Translations under genes and position numbers: made by a program
Assembly: GCA_017504945.1 (NCBI GenBank)
Contig: JAFVQJ010000014.1
Span: 6,373 to 70,372, forward strand
Reading direction: 5' to 3'
Length of the DNA stretch: 64,000 bases
Origin: Clostridia bacterium
GTDB taxonomy: Bacteria; Bacillota; Clostridia; Oscillospirales; RGIG5299
Notes under the pieces: generated by a model
The model's database searches: none
The model's input: the letters and a program-made list of their open reading frames with translations, nothing else
Told to the model about the DNA's origin: nothing
Part shown: positions 32,270 to 43,300 of the stretch, piece after piece
How the letters are laid out: every line of letters starts with the position of its first letter
Position numbering within the stretch: position 1 is the first letter of the stretch

Positions 32270-34007
32270 CGGTCTCATCTCCCTTCTTGAGCTGAGAGTT
32301 ATATATGGTTTGATAAGCCTCGCAGCTCTCAAGCAGCCTTTCGTGGTTGTCGTTGCCTACTATCGTGCCGTTTTCGAGAATTATTATTCTGTCGGCGGTC
32401 ATAACGGTGGCAACGCGCTGTGCTACCATAATGACGGTGGTGTCGGAAAGCTCTTTTTTGAGTGCTTTTCGGAGGCGCGCGTCGGTCGAGAGGTCGAGTG
32501 CCGACATAGAGTCGTCCATTATCATTATCTCGGGGCATCTTATAACGCCTCGCGCAATGGAAACGCGCTGACGCTGACCGCCCGAGAGCTTCATGCCCTT
32601 TTCGCCCACGTCGCTCTCAATACCCTCCTCAAACGAGTCGATAAACTCCTTTGCCTGCGCCACGGTTATTGCTCTTTCTATCTCCGCGTCGCTTGCATCG
32701 GGCTTTCCCTGAAGGATATTGTGACGTATCGAGCCCGAGAAGAGCTCTGTCTTTTGAGAAACCACGGAAATGCGCTTGCGAAGAGCGGCGAGGGTGTATT
32801 CCTTAACGTTTACTCCGTCGACGAATACCTCACCCTCGGTTGCATCGTAAAAGCGGGGAATAAGGTTTATAAGAGAGGTCTTTCCGCTTCCCGTTGCTCC
32901 CATTATCGCAACAGTTTCGCCCCTTTTAACGTCAAACGAGATGTTTGAAAGCACCGGCTCGCCCGACGACGAGGGATAGGCAAAGGTTACGTTTTTAAAT
33001 GAAACGGTACCCCTTTCGGTGCCCTCGGTTACGGTGCCGTCCTTGATAACGGGCTCGGTGTCGAGCACCTCGTTTACACGTCTTACCGAGGCAAAGGCTC
33101 TCGTTATGTGCTGTGCCATATTGCCTACCATAATAAACGACATAAGCACCATTGTAAGATAGGTCATCGCCGACATTATAGCGCCTACCTTCATATTGCC
33201 CGCATCGACCTCAAAGCCGCCCACGGTGATGACCGCAACGACGGTGAGATTCATTATTATCATAATGATAGGCATCATAAAGGTGAGTATCTTCTGAACG
33301 CGGTATGAGGTGTTTACAAGGTCGACGTTTGCTTCATCAAAGCGCTTTATCTCGTGCTCCTCGCGGACGTACGCCTTAACGACTCTTGCGCCCGTTACGT
33401 TTTCCTGCACCACGTTGTTTACTTTATCGAGCTTTTTCTGCACGACAGAAAAAAGCGGAGTGGCTTTGCGAAGAAAGAGGAAAAAGGTAAGAAGCAAAAG
33501 AGGGCAGGCGATGGCGAGAATAAGACCGAAATCGCCCGACATGGTAATAAGCATATAAAGTCCGCCGACAAGCATAAAGGGCGAGCGTATAAACATACGA
33601 AGCGCCATCGTTACGAAATCTGTGACCATGGTTATATCGTTTGAAAGACGGGTAACGAGCGAGCCGGTGGTAAATTTGTCGGTCTGCTCAAAAGAGAGAT
33701 GCATAATTTTGCCAAACGCCTTTTTGCGAAGGTCGCGTCCGAAGCTCTGCGAAGCCTTTGCCGCGAAAAAGGAGGAAGACATTCCGCCCATTGCGCCAAG
33801 TAACCCCAAAAGAAGCATAAGACCGCCTATCGAAAGCACCGTTTCAAGCTTTTCGGTGCCGCTTAAGAGGGGATTGTTTATGCCCTCGTCGACTATCCTG
33901 CTCATAAGATTGGGAAGCTGAAGGTCGCAAATAACCTCGACCATCATGGCAAGAGGCGAGAGGATCGCCCAGAACCAATATTTTTTAAGACCCTTAAATA
34001 TTTTCAT
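32259..34007 (-). CDS. ABC exporter, fused permease/ATPase (MdlA-like heterodimer partner)
   Basis: Walker A GATGSGKTS, signature LSGGQRQ, Walker B IMIMDDS, and a six-TM N-terminal half. Confidence 0.85.
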   Translation of the reverse strand: MKIFKGLKKYWFWAILSPLAMMVEVICDLQLPNLMSRIVDEGINNPLLSGTEKLETVLSIGGLMLLLGLLGAMGGMSSSFFAAKASQSFGRDLRKKAFGKIMHLSFEQTDKFTTGSLVTRLSNDITMVTDFVTMALRMFIRSPFMLVGGLYMLITMSGDFGLILAIACPLLLLTFFLFLRKATPLFSVVQKKLDKVNNVVQENVTGARVVKAYVREEHEIKRFDEANVDLVNTSYRVQKILTFMMPIIMIIMNLTVVAVITVGGFEVDAGNMKVGAIMSAMTYLTMVLMSFIMVGNMAQHITRAFASVRRVNEVLDTEPVIKDGTVTEGTERGTVSFKNVTFAYPSSSGEPVLSNISFDVKRGETVAIMGATGSGKTSLINLIPRFYDATEGEVFVDGVNVKEYTLAALRKRISVVSQKTELFSGSIRHNILQGKPDASDAEIERAITVAQAKEFIDSFEEGIESDVGEKGMKLSGGQRQRVSIARGVIRCPEIMIMDDSMSALDLSTDARLRKALKKELSDTTVIMVAQRVATVMTADRIIILENGTIVGNDNHERLLESCEAYQTIYNSQLKKGDETDGR

Positions 34008-34488
34008 TTTTTACCGCTCCTCCCTCCGTGCTGATAAGTATTTTTCGGAGAATATCCTCCGTAAAGCGCTTTTCCTCATCGGAAAGCACCGATATCATCG
34101 CCGCTTCCTTCTTTATGAGAAGCTCGAAGATCTCCCTGTCTGCCGCCACGCCCTTTTCGGTGAGCGAAACGTAGCATTTTCGGGCGTCAACGCTGTCCTT
34201 TTCTCTTGTAATAAGACCCTCTTGCTCCATTTTCAAAAGAGTTATGCTCATCGTGGGAGCCGTTACCTTGCAAAAGGCGGCAAGCTCGCGCTGTGTTACA
34301 CGCTCGCCCTCCTTGAGATGAGAGAGTATAAACAAAACGTGGCGCATTCCGCAGCCGAGCCCGAGCCTGCGACACTCCTCGTCCATAGAGCTGCTGAAGG
34401 TGCGGTGTATGTTTCTTATAAGCATGGGAATATTCATATTCTTCGGCGGCGGCACGAGCTTCTGCCGAGCGATGCTTTTATCCTTCAA
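33994..34488 (-). CDS. MarR family transcriptional regulator
   Basis: 164 aa winged-HTH protein, first gene of the ABC operon, overlapping the next gene. Confidence 0.75.
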   Translation of the reverse strand: MKDKSIARQKLVPPPKNMNIPMLIRNIHRTFSSSMDEECRRLGLGCGMRHVLFILSHLKEGERVTQRELAAFCKVTAPTMSITLLKMEQEGLITREKDSVDARKCYVSLTEKGVAADREIFELLIKKEAAMISVLSDEEKRFTEDILRKILISTEGGAVKNENI

Positions 34489-34506
34489 AATGCTTCCTCC
34501 TTAAAA

Positions 34507-34555
34507 TTAGTTAGAAAACTAACAATTATTATACCACAAAAAAGCTGCTTGTCAA
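34507..34555 (-). promoter_or_regulatory. marR operon promoter with adjacent palindromic operator
   Basis: On the minus strand: TTGACA (34555-34550), 16 nt, TGgTATAAT (34533-34528), then a GTTAG-N4-CTAAC palindrome (34510-34523). Confidence 0.5.
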
Positions 34556-34726
34556 TAAAGTGAGAGCAATTTTCACAAAAAGGTCAGGGGAGAGGTAAAA
34601 GCGGCGGTATTCTCTGCGAAAATTCGCGCCTTCACAGCTTTTTTACAGAATTATTATTGTTTTTTCCTTTAAAATGTTTTATAATAAGATGATGACTTAT
34701 ATATTTAAGCGAACGCAGGTGCCTTT

Positions 34727-35446
34727 ATGCTTGAATTCTTGCAAAGATTTTTTGAAAATCTCGGAATGACCTTCGGCTCGACGGTTGTCGAGTTTCTCTA
34801 TAATCTCATATATATTTTGCCGATAGTAATAATATCGCTCACTCTTCACGAGCTTTTTCACGCCCTTGCCTCGCATCTGCTGGGCGACCCCACTGCGAAA
34901 AACGAGGGAAGGCTCACTTTAAATCCCTTAAAGCATATCGACCCACTTGGCTTTATTATGATAGTTTTGTTCGGCTTTGGCTGGGCAAAGCCCGTGCCGG
35001 TAAGACTTCAGTGGTTTGAAAAGCCAAAAAGAGATTTTGCACTCACCGCCGCGGCGGGACCTGCCGCAAACCTTCTTCTCGCACTTTTCGGAGTTATACT
35101 TTACGGAATTGCGCTTGCGTTGGGCGAGCTTACTAAGATAAACGCGGCAACGCTTTACTTTTTGTCGTTTTCATTTTATTTTATTCACATAAACGTGGGA
35201 CTTGCCCTTTTTAACCTTATTCCCGTGCCGCCGCTTGACGGCTCCCGAATAATTATGAGCTTTTTGCCAAACAGAATTTATTTTAACGTCCTCAAATACG
35301 AGAGAGTGATAATGATAGCGCTGTTTATCGTAATTGCGCTCGGCATTTTCGACGGACCGTTAAACTATCTTATCAACACGGTAGCCTCGCCGCTTTTCGC
35401 GTTGGGGAGTGAGCTTGGCATATTTATTATCAAAATATTCTCGTAA
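34727..35446 (+). CDS. Site-2 protease family (M50-like) membrane metalloprotease
   Basis: HELFHAL HExxH motif inside a TM helix and a NLIPVPPLDG motif. Confidence 0.75.
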   Translation: MLEFLQRFFENLGMTFGSTVVEFLYNLIYILPIVIISLTLHELFHALASHLLGDPTAKNEGRLTLNPLKHIDPLGFIMIVLFGFGWAKPVPVRLQWFEKPKRDFALTAAAGPAANLLLALFGVILYGIALALGELTKINAATLYFLSFSFYFIHINVGLALFNLIPVPPLDGSRIIMSFLPNRIYFNVLKYERVIMIALFIVIALGIFDGPLNYLINTVASPLFALGSELGIFIIKIFS

Positions 35447-35459
35447 AGGAGAGTGAAAA

Positions 35460-36212
35460 ATGGTTTTATCGTATCAGATAGGCGACTTTGCAGGCCCTCT
35501 TGACCTGCTTCTTACCCTCATTGCAAAAAATAAAATAGACATTTTCGATATTCCCATTTCGCTCGTCCTCGAGCAGTATTACGAGTATATCGACAAAATG
35601 AAGGAGGAAAAGCTTGAGGTTACCGCCGAGTTTCTGGCGATGGCGGCAGAGCTTGTCTATATAAAATCGCGGATGATGCTCCCCGTTCCCGAGGACGAGG
35701 AGGAGGGCGAGGACCCGAGAGAGCGTCTTGTGAGAATGCTTCTCGAGTACAAGCGCTACAAGGAGGTAATGGGCGATTTCGCTCGCGTTTCGGAGGGCTG
35801 GGTGCTTTCCTATACCAAGCAGCCCGATCCGCCTCCCGCAAAGATAGACTACACCTTCACACACGAAACGGAAGAGCTTTCCGAGGCTTATTTGAGGCTA
35901 TATATGGCGCAGGGCAGAAAGGCTCCGCCGCCGGTAACCTCCTTTAAGGGCATAGTGGGAAGACAGCCCGTTTCCGTCTATTCGAGAGTTATGGCAATAC
36001 TTCGCAAGCTCTACGGAAGGGCGAAAATGAAGTTTTCCGAGCTTTTTTCGGGCGCGAGATCGAGAAGCGAGGTGGTCGCCACCTTTTTGGCAGTTTTGGA
36101 AATGTCGAAGGGCAACACCGTTATCGTTGACGGCGAGGGCGAAAACTGCACCGTAAAGCTTGCAAAGGAAAAAAAGTCATCACGGTTTAAAAAGAGTGAA
36201 AACGGAGAATAA
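35460..36212 (+). CDS. scpA: Segregation and condensation protein A
   Basis: FAGPLDLLLTLI motif. Followed by scpB. Confidence 0.85.
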   Translation: MVLSYQIGDFAGPLDLLLTLIAKNKIDIFDIPISLVLEQYYEYIDKMKEEKLEVTAEFLAMAAELVYIKSRMMLPVPEDEEEGEDPRERLVRMLLEYKRYKEVMGDFARVSEGWVLSYTKQPDPPPAKIDYTFTHETEELSEAYLRLYMAQGRKAPPPVTSFKGIVGRQPVSVYSRVMAILRKLYGRAKMKFSELFSGARSRSEVVATFLAVLEMSKGNTVIVDGEGENCTVKLAKEKKSSRFKKSENGE

Positions 36213-36214
36213 TT

Positions 36215-36793
36215 ATGGATATAAACGAGTTAAAGGGCATACTCGAAAGCGTTATTTTTGCAGTGGGTGACGCCGTCTCGGCGTCCTTCCTTGCCGACGT
36301 AACGGGAACCTCTCCCAAGGAGGTAAACGAGGCGCTTTCTCTTCTTGCCGCAGAGCTTCTTGAGAGCGGCAGAGGCATTCGCCTTGCCAAAATGGAGGAT
36401 AAATATCAGCTTTGCACCAAGGAGCAAAACGGCGATTACGTTAAAAGAGCGCTTCAGGGCAGAAAAAATTCACCCCTTTCAAACGCCGCTCTTGAGGTGC
36501 TTGCGATAATTGCCTACAATCAGCCCACCACCAAGGCTTACGTCGAGCAGATAAGAGGCGTTGAGTCGGGACAGGTAATAGCAAACCTCGTCTCGAAGGA
36601 GCTTATTGAGGAAAAGGGCAGGCTCGACGCCCCCGGCAGACCTATCCTCTACGCCACCACCACCGAGTTTTTGAGATGCTTTAAGATAAAAAGTCTTTCG
36701 GAGCTTCCCGAGCTTCCCGTCATCGGCGGCGATAACGAGACTCTCTTCGTGCAAGAGGTAATTCCCGGCACGGAGGACGTAGCCGAAAACTGA
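36215..36793 (+). CDS. scpB: Segregation and condensation protein B
   Basis: LE.V.F..G..V and LE.LAIIAYNQP..K..V..IRGV motifs. Confidence 0.85.
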   Translation: MDINELKGILESVIFAVGDAVSASFLADVTGTSPKEVNEALSLLAAELLESGRGIRLAKMEDKYQLCTKEQNGDYVKRALQGRKNSPLSNAALEVLAIIAYNQPTTKAYVEQIRGVESGQVIANLVSKELIEEKGRLDAPGRPILYATTTEFLRCFKIKSLSELPELPVIGGDNETLFVQEVIPGTEDVAEN

Positions 36794-36812
36794 TTTTTGG
36801 GGGTATTTCCCT

Positions 36813-37415
36813 TTGGAGATTTTTTTAACCGTGCTTGCGGTTTTGGGGATAACGGTCGCGGCGTTGCTGCTTATCGCTGTCATAATAATTCTCTTTTGCT
36901 ACTGTAAGCTGCATTTCAGCTATTCCGAGGAAAAGGGAGTATATCTTGCGGTAGAAACAGCAAAAATAAGAATTACTCTTTTACCGAAAAAGGAAAAAAA
37001 GAAAAAGCGCGAGAAAAAGAAAAATGAGAAAAAGGAAAGTAAGCTCTCGTCGCTTGTCCCGAAGGATAATAAAAGCAGGCTGTTGCTTATTTTCGAGCTT
37101 TTGAAATGCATATCTCTTAAATTCAAGCTTTTCAAATTCGATTTTTATCTTCTCTACGGCACGGGTGATGCCGCCAAGACGGCTATCGACATCGGCAAGA
37201 TGCACGCCTTTTTCGGCTCCTTCTTCGGCGCGGCACAAAATATTATCTACGTAAATAAGCCCGAAATAGTTTTAACTCCCGAATATCTTGAAAAAACGGT
37301 AAAGATACAAACGGAAATAATTCTGGGCCTTAAAATAACGTCGGCGCTCGGTACTTTGATAAGATGGTACAGAGCAGCCGTGAAATTCAGTAAAAAGGAA
37401 AGTGAAACGAAATGA
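36813..37415 (+). CDS. ytfI: DUF2953-like sporulation membrane protein (YtfI-like)
   Basis: N-terminal TM helix and a Lys-rich tract. Positioned directly upstream of ytfJ as in Bacillus. Confidence 0.5.
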   Translation: MEIFLTVLAVLGITVAALLLIAVIIILFCYCKLHFSYSEEKGVYLAVETAKIRITLLPKKEKKKKREKKKNEKKESKLSSLVPKDNKSRLLLIFELLKCISLKFKLFKFDFYLLYGTGDAAKTAIDIGKMHAFFGSFFGAAQNIIYVNKPEIVLTPEYLEKTVKIQTEIILGLKITSALGTLIRWYRAAVKFSKKESETK

Positions 37416-37795
37416 GCGAACCTATTTCTTCAATTTTGGGAACCACTATGCAGAATATCAAGGAGATGGTGGATGTTAACACCATCATCGGCGAGCCCAT
37501 AACCGCACCCGACGGAAGCATTATAATCCCCGTTTCCAAGGTTGCCTTCGGCTTTGCCTCGGGCGGCAGCGAGTTTGCCGCAAAGAACGATAAAATGCCC
37601 TTCGGCGGCGGCGCGGGCGCAGGCGTGAACATCACACCCATTGCCTTTCTCGTTATTGCAAACGGCAACGTAAGACTTTTGCAGATAGGCGAGTGCTCGG
37701 GAAGCCTTGACAGACTTATCTCGATGATACCCGATATAGCCGATAAGGTAAAAGACTTTATTCCCTCGAAGAAGGACGACGAGGAGCTTTATTAA
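37412..37795 (+). CDS. ytfJ: Sporulation protein YtfJ (GerW family)
   Basis: IIGEPI...DG..IIPVSKV.FGF..GG motif. Confidence 0.75.
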   Translation: MSEPISSILGTTMQNIKEMVDVNTIIGEPITAPDGSIIIPVSKVAFGFASGGSEFAAKNDKMPFGGGAGAGVNITPIAFLVIANGNVRLLQIGECSGSLDRLISMIPDIADKVKDFIPSKKDDEELY

Positions 37796-37819
37796 AGGCT
37801 CCGCTACATAGGTGACGTT

Positions 37820-38320
37820 ATGAAAAATCAAAGGGTACAGCTTACCTTTTTTGCCGTCGCGCTGGTTTTTGCGGCGGCGTCGGCGCTCTGCGGAATTGCG
37901 GCGTTCTTCTTTGTGGTGCCCCGCGCGGCAATGCTTGCCTTTATAATTCCCACGGCGGTGCTTTGCGTTATCGCGGCGGTGTCTGCCGTGAAAAACAGAG
38001 GAGCTTATAACAAAAAAATTCTGCAGTACGTTGATATTGCGCTCTTTTTCCTGCTCGCCGCAGTAGTTTTGTGGGCGGGAATAAACCACTTTTTATTTGC
38101 CGACGTCATTGCGGGCGGCTCCGCCGTCTCGCTTCCCGACGGATACCATCTGGTAAGCCGCGGCGAGATAGTTGCAAATATCACCAAGGCGCAGTTTATT
38201 GAGATATCGCTTGCCGAGATAAAGCTCATAATGAGCGAGTGCGCGGCGTTTTCGTTTATTGCGGCGTTTTTGTTTAAAATAAGCGCAAATTATTTGAAAA
38301 GATCGGGTTCTCCCGTTTAA
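37820..38320 (+). CDS. Membrane protein, unknown function
   Basis: 166 aa with four hydrophobic helices. Confidence 0.5.
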   Translation: MKNQRVQLTFFAVALVFAAASALCGIAAFFFVVPRAAMLAFIIPTAVLCVIAAVSAVKNRGAYNKKILQYVDIALFFLLAAVVLWAGINHFLFADVIAGGSAVSLPDGYHLVSRGEIVANITKAQFIEISLAEIKLIMSECAAFSFIAAFLFKISANYLKRSGSPV

Positions 38321-38346
38321 AGAGATAAAAGCGGAGGAAGAAAAAA

Positions 38347-39264
38347 TTGCCTATTAAAATAAACAACGAGCTTCCCGCCAAGGAAAGACTTGAGGCGGAA
38401 AATATTTTCGTTATGACGGAAAAAAGAGCGGAAAAACAGGATATCCGCCCCTTAAAAATTGCATTTTTAAATCTTATGCCCACCAAGATCGACACCGAAA
38501 CGCAGTTTATGCGCCTGCTCGGAAACACTCCTCTTCAGGTGGATATAGAGCTTTTACAGATGAAGAGCCACGTTTCGAAAAACACGTCGGCAGAGCATCT
38601 TATGAAGTTTTATAAATGCTTCGATGACGTTAAAAACGAAAAGTACGACGGACTTATAGTAACCGGTGCGCCGGTAGAGAATATGCCGTTTGAGGAGGTC
38701 GACTATTGGAAGGAGCTTACCGAGATATTCGACTGGGCGGAGCATAACGTCTATTCCTCTCTCTTCGTTTGCTGGGGCGCGCAGGCGGCACTCAACTACT
38801 ATTACGGCGTGCCGAAATATCCCCTTCCCGAGAAGATGTTCGGCATCTTTCCCCATAAGCGACTTTCCTATAAAAACCCCCTTATGCGCGGCTTTGACGA
38901 GGTGTTTTTGGCACCTCACTCACGTCATACCGAGGTAAAAAGGGAGGATATCGAAAGCAAAAAGGGTCTTAAGATACTTGCCGAATCGGAGCTTGCGGGC
39001 GTTTACATCGTCGAGGGCAAAAAGGGCAGACAGATATTCGTAACGGGCCACTGCGAGTACGATTACGATACTCTCTCCAAAGAGTATTTCAGAGACGTTG
39101 ATAAGGGACTTCAGATAAAGATACCCTATAATTATTTTCCGAACGACGACCCGTCGAAGAAGCCGCCGCTTACCTGGCGAAGCCACGGAAGCCTGCTCTT
39201 CTCCAACTGGTTAAACTATTTCGTATATCAGGCAACGCCGTATGACCAGACCAAGATTCGTTAA
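38347..39264 (+). CDS. metA: Homoserine O-acyltransferase (MetA family)
   Basis: TTG start. PIKI..ELPA...[17 protein letters not shown] and VCWGAQA motifs. Confidence 0.85.
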   Translation: MPIKINNELPAKERLEAENIFVMTEKRAEKQDIRPLKIAFLNLMPTKIDTETQFMRLLGNTPLQVDIELLQMKSHVSKNTSAEHLMKFYKCFDDVKNEKYDGLIVTGAPVENMPFEEVDYWKELTEIFDWAEHNVYSSLFVCWGAQAALNYYYGVPKYPLPEKMFGIFPHKRLSYKNPLMRGFDEVFLAPHSRHTEVKREDIESKKGLKILAESELAGVYIVEGKKGRQIFVTGHCEYDYDTLSKEYFRDVDKGLQIKIPYNYFPNDDPSKKPPLTWRSHGSLLFSNWLNYFVYQATPYDQTKIR

Positions 39265-40165
39265 AATTTCAAAACGGATCGCAAGCGCCGCAATCTGCGT
39301 GGCGCTAATGCTTCTTTGCGCCTCCTGCACCAAGGCTCAAAGGGTATCGGACGGTATGAAAAGCCTATACGCCACCTTAAAGGATGTGCAGTCGGCAGAG
39401 TACAGAAAGAGCGTTTTCGCTGTTATGCACACCTCGCGCGGAAGCTACGAGATGGAATACGAGATCATCTCGGCGCATATCGCAAACGGCAACAGCGTAA
39501 ACGAGATATCGGCGCGCCAGATGGATAAAGAGGTAAGTCTTACCTCTTTCTCAAACGGAGGCTACACCTTCACTCCTCTTTATTCCGATTTTTACGTAAA
39601 AAGAGCGGCGCAGACGGTATCGCTCGAGTCGCTCGTGCCTTATCCCGAAAAGAGCTTTGGTTCGGTAAGGAGCGGCTTTTACGAGAGCCGTCCCGCTTAC
39701 GAGGCAAAGAGCAGCTCCGAGAATTTAAGGGCATACACCGCCGCGCAGCTTATAGGCTGTGTGAATTTCGCCGACTTCACGGGGCTAGACTGGGATGACG
39801 CCGACTTCGGCGAAATGACCTTTTTTATCTCAAGCGACAGCAAAACGCCGTTTTTCGCAATTTGCGGCAGCTTTTCCTTTGAGGAAAAGGACGTCAGCGT
39901 TGATTATACGGTGGAGTTCGATCTTATTTCGGTAAACAGCCTCGAGGACGTTGTATTTCCGCTCGAGGAGGGCAAGCTCGAAGAGGTCTTGCTATATTCC
40001 GACTTTATAAAAACGCTTGAGCCGATAGCTCCGCTTATAACGCAGAGTCAGTGGGCGGTGCTTTTGGGATATACCCCCGAAAACGAGTTTGATTTTTACT
40101 CGTTTGAGTTTGACGAATACGCTTACCCTCTCTACTGGGAGGAGTTCTTTGACGTGATACTTTAA
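39242..40165 (+). CDS. Lipoprotein, unknown function
   Basis: Lipobox LCASC. Overlaps the metA 3' end by 23 nt. Confidence 0.55.
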   Translation: MTRPRFVKISKRIASAAICVALMLLCASCTKAQRVSDGMKSLYATLKDVQSAEYRKSVFAVMHTSRGSYEMEYEIISAHIANGNSVNEISARQMDKEVSLTSFSNGGYTFTPLYSDFYVKRAAQTVSLESLVPYPEKSFGSVRSGFYESRPAYEAKSSSENLRAYTAAQLIGCVNFADFTGLDWDDADFGEMTFFISSDSKTPFFAICGSFSFEEKDVSVDYTVEFDLISVNSLEDVVFPLEEGKLEEVLLYSDFIKTLEPIAPLITQSQWAVLLGYTPENEFDFYSFEFDEYAYPLYWEEFFDVIL

Positions 40166-40166
40166 G

Positions 40167-40200
40167 AAACGCCCGCGAGGGCGTTTTTCGGCTTTTAATT
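40167..40200 (+). terminator. Intrinsic terminator
   Basis: AAACGCCC-GCGA-GGGCGTTT followed by a T-rich tail. Confidence 0.65.
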
Positions 40201-40310
40201 TGGAAAAAGTGAGCAAAATTTGACAAATCTCTTTACATAACAGATTAAAAGTGTTAAAATAATAGATACGCAAAATATATTTAATTTATAATATACGGAG
40301 GACTAAAACT

Positions 40311-43300
40311 ATGGCAAGAAAAATGAAGACCATGGACGGAAATACAGCTGCCGCCCACGTCAGCTACGCCTTCACCGAGGTTGCGGCGATCTACCCCATC
40401 ACCCCCTCGTCTGTTATGGCTGAGCTTACCGACAGCTGGTCTGCCAACGGTCAGAAAAACATCTTCGGTCAGGAAGTAAAGGTTGTTGAAATGCAGTCCG
40501 AGGCAGGTGCCGCAGGCGCCGTTCACGGCTCTCTTTCCGCAGGTGCTTTAACCACCACCTTCACCGCATCTCAGGGACTTTTGCTCATGATCCCCAATAT
40601 GTATAAGATCGCGGGCGAGCTTCTCCCCGGCGTTATCCACTGCTCCGCAAGAGCTTTGGCTACCCACGCACTTTCGATCTTCGGCGACCATTCCGACGTT
40701 ATGGCTTGTCGCCAGACCGGCTTTGCAATGCTCGCTTCCTCAAATCCCCAGGAGGTTATGGACCTCGGCGCAGTAGCGCATCTTTCCGCAATCAAGGGAA
40801 GAGTTCCTTTCCTTCACTTCTTCGACGGCTTCCGCACCTCTCACGAGATACAGAAGATCGAGGTATGGGATTACAAGGATCTCGCAGATATGGTAGATAT
40901 GGATGCCGTTAACGCATTCCGTAAGACCGCTTTAAACCCCGAGCGTCCCATAATGAAGGGCTCTGCACAGAACCCCGACATCTTCTTCCAGGCAAGAGAA
41001 GCCTGCAACCCCTATTACGATGCACTTCCCGCAGTCGTTGAGGAGTATATGGGCAAGGTAAACGAGAAGCTCGGAACCGACTACAAGCTCTTTAACTACT
41101 ACGGCGCACCCGATGCAGAGAAGGTCATCGTTGCAATGGGCTCCGTTTGCGACACCGCAGAGGAGACCATCGACTATATGCTTGCAAAGGGAGAGAAGGT
41201 AGGTCTTGTCAAGGTAAGACTTTACAGACCCTTCGTAAGCTCCAAGTTCGTTGCGGCTCTTCCCAAGACCGTTAAGAAGATAGCCGTTCTTGACAGAAGC
41301 AAGGAGCCCGGCTCGATAGGCGAGCCCCTCTACCTCGACGTTATGACCGCACTTAATCGCGAGGGCGTTAAGGTCGACACCGTCGTAGGCGGACGTTACG
41401 GCCTCGGCTCGAAGGACACCACTCCCGCTTGCATCGTTGCGGCATACAGAAACCTCGATGCAGCCGCTCCCAAGAACGACTTCACCGTCGGTATAGTCGA
41501 CGACGTTACCGGTCACTCCCTCGATATGAGCGAGAATCCCGATACCGCACCCGCAGGCACCATCTCCTGCAAATTCTGGGGTCTTGGCGGCGACGGCACC
41601 GTCGGTGCAAACAAGAACTCCATTAAGATAATCGGCGACCATACCGATATGTATGCACAGGCATACTTCGCATACGACTCAAAGAAGACCGGCGGCGTTA
41701 CCATCTCTCACCTCCGCTTCGGTAAGTCACCCATCAAATCCACCTATTACGTCACCAAGGCAGACTTCGTTGCTTGCCACAACCCCTCTTACCTCGGCCG
41801 TTACGATATGGTATCCGACGTTAAGAAGGGCGGTACCTTCCTCCTTAACTGTCAGTGGAGCGCAGAGGAGCTTGAGGCTCATCTCCCCGCAGACGTAAAG
41901 AGATATATCGCGGAAAACGATATCAACTTCTACACCGTTAACGCTATCGAGAAGGCTCGCGAGATAGGTCTTGGCAAGAGAACCAACACCATTTTGCAGT
42001 CTGCATTCTTTACCCTTGCAAACATCATTCCCATGGACGATGCTATCAAGTTCATGAAGGAAGCCGCATACAAGTCGTTTGCCAAGAAGGGCGACGAGAT
42101 CGTCAACCAGAACTACAAGGCTATCGACGCAGGTAAGGATGCTATCGTTAAGATAAACGTTCCCGCAGAGTGGAAAAACGCAAAGGACGAGCCCGTTGTT
42201 GCCGAGATAAAGACCGACGATGAGGTGCTCAAATCCTTCGCAGAGACCATTCTTATGCCCGTTAACGCTCAGAAGGGCGATACCTTACCCGTATCCACCT
42301 TCGTAAAGTCGGTTGACGGTATGTTCCCCAACGGACTCTCCGCCTTCGAGAAGAGAGGCGTTGCCGTTGACGTTCCCACCTGGATCCCCGAAAACTGTAT
42401 CCAGTGTAACCAGTGTGCTATAGTTTGCCCCCACGCCGCAGTACGTCCCTTCGTTCTTTCGGCGGCAGAGCTTGAGGCGGCACCCGCAGGCTACAAGGCA
42501 AAGAAGATGAACGGCAAGGGCGTTGAGGAGTACAGCTTCTCCATCACCGTTTCTCCCCTCGATTGTATGGGTTGCGCACTTTGCGCAAAGGCTTGTCCCT
42601 CCAAGAATAAGGCTCTCGTAATGAAGCCTATCGGCGACGAGCTTAAGGAGCAGGCTTCCTTCGATTACGCAGTTGCAAAGATTTCCGATAAAGAGCTTCC
42701 CTTCGACGTTAACACCGTTAAAGGCAGCCAGTTCAAGCAGCCCCTCCTTCAGTTCTCCGGCGCTTGCGCAGGCTGTGTTGAGCCCATCTATGCAAAGCTC
42801 ATCACCCAGCTCTTCGGCGACAGAATGTATATCGCCAACGCAACCGGCTGCTCTTCCATCTGGGGCGGCAGCGCACCCTCCACTCCTTACTGCAAGAATA
42901 AGAAGGGTCACGGTCCCGCTTGGGCAAACTCTCTCTTTGAGGATAACGCAGAATACGGTCTCGGTATGTTCGTAGGTCAGAAGCAGCTTCGCGAAAGACT
43001 TAAGGGCTACGTAACCGAGCTTGAAGCAACGGCTTGCAACGAGGCAGTTAAGGCAGCTTGCGCAGATTATCTTGCAACCTATGAGGACAGCAAGACAAAC
43101 GCCGCGGCATCCGAGAAGCTCGTTGAGGCTTTGAAGGCTTGCGCTTGCGAAAACGACCTTAAGAAGAACATTCTCGAAAACAGCGAATACCTCTCCAAGA
43201 AGTCCGTTTGGATCTTCGGTGGCGACGGTTGGGCATACGATATCGGCTTCGGCGGTCTTGACCACGTTATCGCATCGGGTGAGAACGTAAACATCATGGT

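Noticed and set aside
29846-34488. Bacteriocin/RiPP locus (small Cys-rich ORF next to two ABC exporters and a MarR regulator).
   Set aside because: A terminator (30323-30356) and an independent promoter separate the ORF from the ABC operon. The exporters lack an N-terminal C39 peptidase domain. The peptide has no double-Gly leader. No modification enzyme is present.
38321-38346. SAM (S-box) riboswitch upstream of metA.
   Set aside because: Only 26 nt separate metA from the preceding gene, which leaves no room for a riboswitch. metA appears to be co-transcribed.
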